Source: Desulfomonilia bacterium
GTDB taxonomy: Bacteria; Desulfobacterota; Desulfomonilia; UBA1062
Length of the DNA: 64,000 bases
Assembly (NCBI GenBank): GCA_963664325.2
Contig: CAXXDQ010000004.1
Coordinates: 192,001-256,000, forward strand
Direction of reading: 5' to 3'
Position numbers and translations under genes: made by a program. Below the pieces are notes generated by a model. It saw nothing but the letters and a program-made list of their open reading frames with translations. It ran no database searches and was not told where the DNA came from. Below, piece by piece: positions 10,487 to 18,583 of the stretch; position 1 is the first letter of the stretch, and each line of letters opens with the position of its first letter.

Positions 10487-10795
10487 TCAATTAGACATGG
10501 ATTTTAACGATTCGGAACCTTTCATCGGTGCAAAATCCTTTGTCTTCTTATCCTTCTTGGTCTTCTTTGTTTTCTTCGTCTTCTTTGCTTTCTTGTCTGC
10601 CTTCTTGTCTGCGGGGGCTGGTTTGTCTGCTGTAACAGCCTTATCGGCCGGAGCTGCCTTGTCGGCTGCTACTGCCGGTGCCTTATCGGCCGGTGCGGCT
10701 GCGGGTGCATTTGGTGCCGTTTCGGCGAAGCTTACCGTTGCCATGAATGCAAATGCTATGAGCACTATTAAACTTACCAGTGTCTTTTTCATCAA
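10487..10795 (-). CDS. Secreted low-complexity Ala/Pro/Lys-rich protein
   Basis: Signal peptide (SFA|E), repeated ADK(A/P) units, Lys-rich tail; AGGAGG RBS. Confidence 0.7.
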   Translation of the reverse strand: MMKKTLVSLIVLIAFAFMATVSFAETAPNAPAAAPADKAPAVAADKAAPADKAVTADKPAPADKKADKKAKKTKKTKKTKKDKKTKDFAPMKGSESLKSMSN

Positions 10796-11070
10796 TCGGG
10801 ACCTCCTTTTTTTCTTACCTTTACCACTCGATTCATCAGAAGGTCTATAAAAATTAGAAAGGGCGCTCGGGGTACGCCAGGATAACCAAGTTATTGTCCT
10901 TTTATTTATTTGCTCAGCAGCGTCATGTTATCCCCACTTTACGGAAATTTAATCACCGCTCTGCCATATACTCCCCAACAGGGTCCCGGTAAAATATTAA
11001 TCAACATTATGGTAGGTGATTCGGAATATAGACGTGATCGGCTTTGTTTCTTGGCTCTACTTTAAATTTA

Positions 11071-12111
11071 TTACTTGTTTGGCATTAAAATGAAAGCGTG
11101 TTCTTTACCATTAATTGTTCCTTCACCAACAATCTGCCCATTGTCATTAATCTTGTAGGCAATATTTAAATACCAGCCAGGATTGTCCCTAACAAGATAA
11201 TTCAATTCAATCATTTTTCCATCAGTATAGAGAAAAGCGCGACACGCTGTGTCCTTTGAGATATTACGAGAATACCCTACTATCTGACCATTATTATTAA
11301 TATCCATTGCATTAGAAACCTCATCCCCTTCCAAAATTCCAAGGTCAATCATTTTACCTTCATCATAAAGGAAAGAATGGCTTATTATGCCATCAGATAT
11401 TGCAGAAGTTCCTACAACCTGTCCTTTGTTATTTATTCCGTATGCCGCATTAAATTTGCCACCTAATGTACCAAGATCAGTCGTTACTCCATTAGAATAT
11501 AGAAAAGCACTAACGGTAAGATTATCAGTCAAAAGCGCATTTCCAACCACTTGTCCGATATCGTTAATTCCATATGCACAACTCCCATTACCATCAAATG
11601 TCTTTATATACTCAATTTTCCCGTTCTCGTAGATAAATGCATTTTTAGATTCACCAACAATTTGACCTTTATTATTAATACTGTGTGCATTGCAGTATGA
11701 CCAATCCGGATTTGAAATAATTATTATTCTGTCATTATCATACAAATAAGACACAATACCAGAGGTGCCAACAATTTGACCTTTATCATTAATGTCATTA
11801 GCTATATCTGTAATTTCGCCCAAATCGATCATCAAGCCATCACTATATAAAAAAGAACTGCCATACAAGTCTTCTGGATGCCATGCATATCCCACTACCT
11901 GGCCCAGATTATTGATACTTCTAGCCCCGCTAAGATTTCCTCCCAATGTACCCAGATCGATAATAGAATAACTTAAAGAAATATGTTCAGTTTCAGCTGA
12001 GCTTTCACTGTTGCTTCCCTTCCCCCCACATCCTGAAAATACCAGAATTAAAGAAGACATTAATGATATCAAAATAATTTTTATATATTTTTCTTTATTA
12101 TTGAGATTCAT
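11071..12111 (-). CDS. HAF-repeat extracellular lipoprotein (beta-propeller)
   Basis: Lipobox FSG-C; about 7 repeats of DLGTLGG..S.A..IN..GQVVG...AFLY; terminal HAF; low GC. Confidence 0.88.
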   Translation of the reverse strand: MNLNNKEKYIKIILISLMSSLILVFSGCGGKGSNSESSAETEHISLSYSIIDLGTLGGNLSGARSINNLGQVVGYAWHPEDLYGSSFLYSDGLMIDLGEITDIANDINDKGQIVGTSGIVSYLYDNDRIIIISNPDWSYCNAHSINNKGQIVGESKNAFIYENGKIEYIKTFDGNGSCAYGINDIGQVVGNALLTDNLTVSAFLYSNGVTTDLGTLGGKFNAAYGINNKGQVVGTSAISDGIISHSFLYDEGKMIDLGILEGDEVSNAMDINNNGQIVGYSRNISKDTACRAFLYTDGKMIELNYLVRDNPGWYLNIAYKINDNGQIVGEGTINGKEHAFILMPNK

Positions 12112-12467
12112 ATAATTTTCTCCTATACAAAATTTATACTATTTAGGAAATATGAACGCAATAATTTTGCCATCATTTAAACATTGAGCCGCTCCCGAAT
12201 TTTATACAATTTTCAAGTTTTGTGTTCAGGTTGTTTGGGAACATGCCCATATATTTTTGTTAATTGTCTTGTTATTTATTTTTTCTGCGGCTCCCTGCTG
12301 AACGATCATTACAATAATTACCGGCCGTTAATTTCATAAATTCCGGTAATATGAGCGCTGTATCAATTCGATTTATGCATTTGACTGGTTGAATTGATGC
12401 GATTAACATTTAAGTTGACCGGCAACCGGCCGGTTTCAAAATAAAAAACTATTACGAGGCGGGCTTT

Positions 12468-13166
12468 ATGAAAAATATCAGATTTTATGCGGTTCTTCTG
12501 GCCATGCTGATAATCTGTGAGGGCGCAGCGTTCGGTTCCCCAAAGGCGGTCCCCTCTGAAACCCGGTACAATGCCGGCAGCGTCTCCCAGGGAACCATGA
12601 TCCTGCATGACTTCGTTATTAAGAACACGGGCGGCGAAACTCTTACACTGAAGGCCCAGGACTGCGGATGCGGAGGGGTCAAGGCCAAAACCCCCGGTTC
12701 GATAAAACCGGGCATGTCGGACATGATAAAGGTAAGCATCCCGACAATAAATCTTCAGGGGAATTACAAGCGCGAGATAAAGATTGAAACCAACGATCCG
12801 GACAATAAAGAGATCGTACTGACGATAACCGCAAACATCTTCGAGACCCTTTCAATAATGCCCAAATACATCAGCTTCGGCAAAGGCATGGCCGGGTCGA
12901 AGCTCACAAGTGAGCTGATGATCACGAACACAGGCAAGGACAAAATCACCATCCTGGGTGTCAAGGTGTATCCTGCCGGCGCCGGTTCAATCAGCCCCGT
13001 TATTGGAAAAACGATCCTAAAACCGAACGAGAAGAAAAGGCTTGAACTGAACCTCAATCCCCGGAGCAAACCCGGTTACTTCCAGGGCCAGGTTATAATC
13101 AGCACCGACATCAAGAACCTTGAAGAAAAAAGGGTGTTCTACGGGGCCGAAATAACCGCTAAGTGA
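12468..13166 (+). CDS. DUF1573-like Ig-fold secreted protein
   Basis: Signal peptide; F.IKNTG...L, CGC, I.PG, ETNDP; duplicated Ig domain. Confidence 0.8.
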   Translation: MKNIRFYAVLLAMLIICEGAAFGSPKAVPSETRYNAGSVSQGTMILHDFVIKNTGGETLTLKAQDCGCGGVKAKTPGSIKPGMSDMIKVSIPTINLQGNYKREIKIETNDPDNKEIVLTITANIFETLSIMPKYISFGKGMAGSKLTSELMITNTGKDKITILGVKVYPAGAGSISPVIGKTILKPNEKKRLELNLNPRSKPGYFQGQVIISTDIKNLEEKRVFYGAEITAK

Positions 13167-13243
13167 CAAGAACCTTGCGTGCAGGCTTTAACAGCTCTTC
13201 CATCGAAGACTGAGAGGGGAGTTCCCGGGAGATTTCAGATCCG

Positions 13244-13287
13244 TCAGGCATAAATGCCTGAAGCAGATTGCTCCTCAATTATTGAGG
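13244..13287. repeat. Tandem intergenic palindromes between convergent genes
   Basis: TCAGGCAT-aa-ATGCCTGA and CCTCAAT-t-ATTGAGG. Confidence 0.5.
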
Positions 13288-13375
13288 CCTGAGCCTCCTT
13301 ACGTTTATTTATAATGGAAGCACCCTGTTTTTTAATAAGATATCCGGTTATCAGTGTCCCGGTCAGGTTATTTGA

Positions 13376-14686
13376 TTATTTTGAGAGAAGCTCCTTTATC
13401 ATGCCATCAAGCATCAGGCGCGGAAGCGGATTTTTATCAAATACACCAGTTGATAATGTCAGGGATGAATCATAGCTGCTTACACTGATGGCAAAGGAAG
13501 GCGGAGTCAAGACAGGCGGAAGGATATATGCCTTTACAGGCCGTGTTTCAAAAAGAATCCTGTTTTTATCGATTATCCCGAAATTGGAAAGGCCGTTCGG
13601 GATGTTGCGGTTTTTTATTCCGAATCTTACCGCAGAGCTCCAGAACGCCTCCCACCACCGGAAGGGGAACAGGCCGAATACATATCTGTACACAAGCAGT
13701 TGATTCATGCCGAACCAGCTTTGCTTTCTTCGAGCGGTATAACCGGATATTTTCCCGAGTGTCTTATCAAATTCCGGATCAATATGTGAACCGATGTTCA
13801 AGTATTCAAATGAACTCAGGTTGCATATGCTTCCGCCTTTCTTCTCTTTAAGATACCAAAGCCTGAGATCGACCGTCATAATAGCCCTCAATGCCGCTTT
13901 GCTTCTGCTGTCACTCAAGCCTGCAATTGAGCGGAGAAATGATGCCATGAGCATGTCGTTAAGGGTTGCGTTAAACATCTTCCCGTAAGAAACGATCCTG
14001 TCATAGCGCCTGCCATTGATGTGACATGTCAGAAATTCATACCCGGTATCCGTGCTCTGTTCATCAAGCGGAAGGGTCTTTGATCTTAGTGGAATAATGT
14101 TGCTTAAAAATTCTCTCATGCTGTTGATGAAGATTTCAGGGTAGGCTTTTAATGGTATTTTATTCATTACCTGATCAATATCCCTGTCATTGTTATGATT
14201 AAACTGGGGCCTGTAACCGGGATTGTCTTTGAGCCTGGTATATATGTCTGAAACAAGATAAACGAGTTCCTTAATCCCGCCCACATCGCAGAATGAATGG
14301 TGCGTCTTGATGATAAGAGAATCTCTTTCACCCGAGCGGCGGATGCAACAGGACAAGATATTGCCGTTAACAGGGTCCACAGGCGTATTTTCAAAACCGA
14401 GGAATTCATTGTCATCGGCAGTGAACCTTAACATATCAGTGTCACTGTCCCCGCTCTTTTCCCAATATGGTTCCGTTCGGTGGGGAACGAACCTGCATGA
14501 AAGTATCGGGATAATACTTTTTAAGATCAGAAGCGCCTGCCTTAGTCGCATCTCATCGATTACGGAATCAAATTCCATCTTGAAGATAATGGTGTTTTTG
14601 CCAAAACCGATATCTTCAATAAGGTACATCATCATATCGGCATATTCAGCCCGGATACGGTTATCCCTTGTCATCATTGAAAACAT
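13376..14686 (-). CDS. Stand-alone condensation-domain/CoA-dependent acyltransferase
   Basis: HHSFCDVGG (HHxxxD) motif, TLNDML, VDLR, NLSS, LSNFG; start uncertain. Confidence 0.8.
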   Translation of the reverse strand: MFSMMTRDNRIRAEYADMMMYLIEDIGFGKNTIIFKMEFDSVIDEMRLRQALLILKSIIPILSCRFVPHRTEPYWEKSGDSDTDMLRFTADDNEFLGFENTPVDPVNGNILSCCIRRSGERDSLIIKTHHSFCDVGGIKELVYLVSDIYTRLKDNPGYRPQFNHNNDRDIDQVMNKIPLKAYPEIFINSMREFLSNIIPLRSKTLPLDEQSTDTGYEFLTCHINGRRYDRIVSYGKMFNATLNDMLMASFLRSIAGLSDSRSKAALRAIMTVDLRLWYLKEKKGGSICNLSSFEYLNIGSHIDPEFDKTLGKISGYTARRKQSWFGMNQLLVYRYVFGLFPFRWWEAFWSSAVRFGIKNRNIPNGLSNFGIIDKNRILFETRPVKAYILPPVLTPPSFAISVSSYDSSLTLSTGVFDKNPLPRLMLDGMIKELLSK

Positions 14687-14929
14687 GTAACAGCCGCGGG
14701 GTTTTTTTATCAACCCTAAAGATAGTAACTTCGCCATTGAATTCGTTCTGTCCGGGGAGATGATAACACACATGAAACGCAACAGAGTAACAGGGCATCA
14801 GGACAAGACAGCCCGATGAGGAATCAAATGTGAAAGCTTCATTTGTTTCTTTTTAAGAGACCTGGCGGTCCTGAAATAAACTATTCGGTTTTCTGTTTCC
14901 ACAGGTCCTTATCAGCGCCCGGCTTACTT

Positions 14930-16093
14930 TTACCGCCCGATCGCAACCGACCGGCCTGTCCGTGCCGATTCGTACACTGCGAATACAAGCTCGATGTCCG
15001 AGCGGGCTTCTCGGCCGCCGACACGGGGAGGCTTGCCGGTATCGAGACAGTTTATAAAATCCTTCATCGCCTCGCTGTAGACGTTGTAGCCCGCAAACTC
15101 CTCAACAATGTCCATCGTTGAGCCCGTTGCAAAGGTCTTGTCGATGACCTCGTCCGGCAGCTCGTCGTCCCCAAGGTTCTTCATGTATTCCTTTATGCCG
15201 CAGATCACCGCCGGATCGACGCCTTTATAATATTCCTTTACCCTCTCGCTGAAGACCTTGATCTCGGCTATCTCGAACTGAAGGTGGCCGGGCAGCCTTT
15301 TCTCAGGCGACTCGATGATGCTGCCCGCATTCCCGTAAATTGCCATCATGGGCACCGGGGGCGCAATGCGTGCGTTCCATGTAAGGATAATGCTGGTCAT
15401 TATGCCGTTTTCATGCGCCAGAGTGATGATCGAAGCCTCGTCCACATCCCATTTTTTATCGGGGCGTCTGGTCGTTGCATAAACGCTTTTTACAGGCCCG
15501 CCCAGCATGTTCGCCATGGCCATGAGATGGATGCCCCTGTCGAAGAGCACGCCGCCGCCGCCGGTTTCCGCTTTCATGCGCCATTCGTACGTCTTCATGC
15601 AGGCCAGCATGTCTATGTAGCCGGAAAGCTCGTGGATGTTTATCATGAAAGGCTCGCCTATGACGCCTGCGGCCATGAGCTCGGAGGCCCGAATCACCCC
15701 TGGTTCGTACCTGAAGTTTTCCAGCACGGCCAGTACAAGGTTTGATGCTGCGGCCTTTTCGGTCATGGCGTCGGCCTCGGCCAGCGAATTGGCAATGGGC
15801 TTTTCAATGAAAACATGTTTTCCCGCTTCGAAGGCCCTCATTGCCGCTCCATAGTGGAGGTGATGAGGCAGACAGATGTCGAGCGCGTCTATCCGCTCAT
15901 CCGACAATGCATCGTCAATGGTTTTGAAAACACCCGCCGCCCCGTTTTCATCCGCGATCTTTGCCGCAAGATTCCCGTCAAGGTCGCAGACATAAAGGTC
16001 GGCCCTGTCCCTGTGATTGCCCCATTGCTTCGCATGGACATGGCCGATCATCCCGCAGCCAACAAGGCATATGCCATATCTGTTTTTTGCCAT
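14930..16093 (-). CDS. Gfo/Idh/MocA family oxidoreductase
   Basis: GCGMIG, GKHVFIEKP, GGGVLFDRGIH. Confidence 0.92.
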   Translation of the reverse strand: MAKNRYGICLVGCGMIGHVHAKQWGNHRDRADLYVCDLDGNLAAKIADENGAAGVFKTIDDALSDERIDALDICLPHHLHYGAAMRAFEAGKHVFIEKPIANSLAEADAMTEKAAASNLVLAVLENFRYEPGVIRASELMAAGVIGEPFMINIHELSGYIDMLACMKTYEWRMKAETGGGGVLFDRGIHLMAMANMLGGPVKSVYATTRRPDKKWDVDEASIITLAHENGIMTSIILTWNARIAPPVPMMAIYGNAGSIIESPEKRLPGHLQFEIAEIKVFSERVKEYYKGVDPAVICGIKEYMKNLGDDELPDEVIDKTFATGSTMDIVEEFAGYNVYSEAMKDFINCLDTGKPPRVGGREARSDIELVFAVYESARTGRSVAIGR

Positions 16094-16306
16094 TAAGCGT
16101 TCCTTTTATTATATTTAATTTATGATCAGATATGCTGAAATATTACCACATACCCGGCTTCAAAGAAACCTCAGCCTGCTGTAAAAAAGACTGCCGGATA
16201 GGCATTTTACTCTGAATAAGAGCTTTGCAAACATCCTTTCACCGCTATTTCGGGACATTGGCAAGTCGCACGCTTGACGACTTTTTCACGTATGGACGGG
16301 AAGGGT

Positions 16307-16333
16307 AAAAAAATGGCGGGCGTAAAGCCCGCC
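16307..16333 (-). terminator. Rho-independent terminator
   Basis: GGCGGGC/GCCCGCC stem followed on the minus strand by a T7 tract. Confidence 0.75.
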
Positions 16334-16484
16334 TGATTGAAAGAGTTGTGTGCACTCTAATGAGGAGTTCTTTTGTACGGAAAAAAATGCCGTTATCTCC
16401 CGTCATCATGCAAATGCCGGATTCGTCATGGCGGCAATGAAACCCCCGGAGTAGCTTTCCGACAGTTTTTGTCGAACCGGGATA

Positions 16485-16742
16485 GGCGATATCCAGAACG
16501 TCTCACACCGGTGAATCGCCGTCCGAATACAGCGAATGAGCATAGAGATCGGCTTTGCGCCATCCGGGCGCGCCTGTTTCCCAGGTTTCACCGGCTTCAT
16601 CGGATGAGACTGTTCCTCCCCTCACCGCCGTCTTCTGCGAATACTGAGAAACAGCATGGGCCGTCGACGTAACGCTGCCGGACTGGCAGTCTGCAAATAC
16701 AATCAGCGCCAAGATGACAACAGCCGACAGATATATTCTCAT
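16485..16742 (-). pseudogene. Truncated secreted PHP-domain metallophosphoesterase remnant
   Basis: Signal peptide then WRKADLYAHSLYSDGDSPV*DVLDIA, resembling the PHP motif DLHxHSxxSDG with H->Y, an in-frame TGA and the rest missing. Confidence 0.6.
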
Positions 16743-16797
16743 CGTAAATCCCCCTCATAGAATCTTTCAAACCCATATCTTAAAGGTTAATTTGTGT

Positions 16798-18417
16798 TCA
16801 TTTGCCCGCAAAAAGTCCGGCGGTCTTTTCAGGAACGAACCACCTCCCCTGATTATAGACGGCAGAGCCTTCAAGCCTGAGCTTCTTTCCCTTCACTGTC
16901 GCATAGCTCCTGTTCGCCTCTATCCTGATCTCCCGGCCGCCTTTTGAGGCAACGAATACGGGGTTGAGGGGATCGGTCGCATCCGTTCCGGTTTCGATCC
17001 CTTTGCCGGTGAAAAGCCTGTCCGCATCGGTGAACAGCCTCTTCGTAGTCTTTGCAAGGTCAAGACCCAGGTAACCGGCGGTGATCTTCGCAATGTCGGT
17101 GTTGTCGAGCACGCCAGACGGCTTCGCGCCGCCCGGCGCATAGGCGTACAGGTTCACCTCTTCGCCCGTATGTCCGAAGCTCGTAAAGCCGATTATCGAA
17201 CGCGCACCCATCATAGGTCCCAGGACGGAATTCAACTCGCCTTTCTTATTCTTCAGGCAGTCCATAATCCTTGATGTCTCTTCGGCGCTCAGGTCGCAAA
17301 TGCCGTAAGAGCTGCATACGGTCCCGGTTACGGCCGCATCGTCGGAGACTTCCGACAGTTTCGCCTCGACACCCTCTCCCGTGTTTCCGGCCTTTTCGAT
17401 TACATTCAGGAGGTCGGCCGGCTGCCTTTTGTCATAGTCTTTCGATGTGGTTTCATTCCCTATGCTTATGCCGCTGTTGCCGTGGTCGCTCATGATGAGA
17501 ATGGCGGTATTTCCGTCCTTTTTCGCAAAGTCCAGGGCAGCCTTTACCGCCTTGTCGAAGGCCGCCACGTCACTGATAATTCCCACGGGATCGTTTGCAT
17601 GCCCCGCCCAGTCTATCTTGCTGCCCTCCACCATGAGGAAAAATCCCTTGGGGTTTTTGGAAAGAAGGTCTATAGCCTTTTTTGTCATCTGAGCAAGCGA
17701 AGGCTCTTTCTGGGGGTCCCTGTCCATTTCGTAAGCCATGGCGACAGGTGCGAACAGACCGAACACCTTTGGCTTTTTAAGCGATGACATTTCCGAGGGC
17801 TTCGTTATGACCTGATAGCCCAGCCCCTTCATCTCGGCGATGAGGTCCTGGCCGTCCTTCCTGCCTTCAGGCGTGAAATACTTGTATCCTCCGCCGAAGA
17901 CGACATCCATTCCTGCAAAGACCTCCTGCTCGCTCAGAGAATCATAGTTTTTCCTGCTGATATCGTGGCTGGCGAATGCCGCGGGCGTTGCATGCATGAC
18001 CTCGCATGTCACAACCAGTCCGGTCGAAAGACCTTTCAGCCTTGCCGCCTCCAGAACCGTTGCGACCGGCGTCTGCCTGTCTTCAGGTCTTATGGGCTTT
18101 AGCCCGGGCATGGTGTTTTCATCGGGCAGCATCGCAATATAACCTGTATGCGATTTGAAGCCCGTCGCCATCGCCGTGGCCGCAGGTGCGGAATCCGCGA
18201 TGAGCGAATCGGCGTTATAGGTCCTCACCTGTCCGCAGAGAAGCCCGTCCATGGCAAGAGGTGCGCCCCCCTGATACCATCTGGTAAGCGTTACCGAAGT
18301 TACGCTCATGCCGTCGGGTATCATGACGATGACATTCCTGTATTGTCCTGCAAAGGCCGAATCCGGCAGGACAGCCATCAGCAGCGATATCAATGCAACC
18401 AGAGTTCCCTTTCTCAT
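16798..18417 (-). CDS. phoA: Alkaline phosphatase
   Basis: IPDGM, ADSAPAATA (catalytic Ser), HATPA, EGSKIDWAGHAND, SDHG, GHTGE; signal peptide; RBS before ATG 18417. Confidence 0.93.
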   Translation of the reverse strand: MRKGTLVALISLLMAVLPDSAFAGQYRNVIVMIPDGMSVTSVTLTRWYQGGAPLAMDGLLCGQVRTYNADSLIADSAPAATAMATGFKSHTGYIAMLPDENTMPGLKPIRPEDRQTPVATVLEAARLKGLSTGLVVTCEVMHATPAAFASHDISRKNYDSLSEQEVFAGMDVVFGGGYKYFTPEGRKDGQDLIAEMKGLGYQVITKPSEMSSLKKPKVFGLFAPVAMAYEMDRDPQKEPSLAQMTKKAIDLLSKNPKGFFLMVEGSKIDWAGHANDPVGIISDVAAFDKAVKAALDFAKKDGNTAILIMSDHGNSGISIGNETTSKDYDKRQPADLLNVIEKAGNTGEGVEAKLSEVSDDAAVTGTVCSSYGICDLSAEETSRIMDCLKNKKGELNSVLGPMMGARSIIGFTSFGHTGEEVNLYAYAPGGAKPSGVLDNTDIAKITAGYLGLDLAKTTKRLFTDADRLFTGKGIETGTDATDPLNPVFVASKGGREIRIEANRSYATVKGKKLRLEGSAVYNQGRWFVPEKTAGLFAGK

Positions 18418-18461
18418 CTGAAGCCTCCTCATATTGATTGCATACCGGATAGTTCATGAAT

Positions 18462-18544
18462 GTGAATATCGCGTTAACGGCCGATTAATTTTCAGACAAG
18501 TTTGCGTTAACCGGAAAATAACCGTTACTTAATACGCTGTTCAT
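18462..18544. promoter_or_regulatory. Pho-box-like 11-bp-periodic direct repeat array in divergent promoter
   Basis: Hexamers on an exact 11-bp register: GTGAAT 18462, GTTAAC 18473, ATTAAT 18484, (gap at 18495), GTTAAC 18506, AATAAC 18517, CTTAAT 18528, GTTCAT 18539; adjacent to phoA. Confidence 0.6.
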
Positions 18545-18583
18545 ACTGCCTGTCTACAATTCGCCAAAGACAAGGAGGAACAG

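Noticed and set aside
16503-16505. Selenocysteine read-through of the in-frame TGA
   Set aside because: Not a Cys-type catalytic position, no evident SECIS, and similarity is lost shortly after
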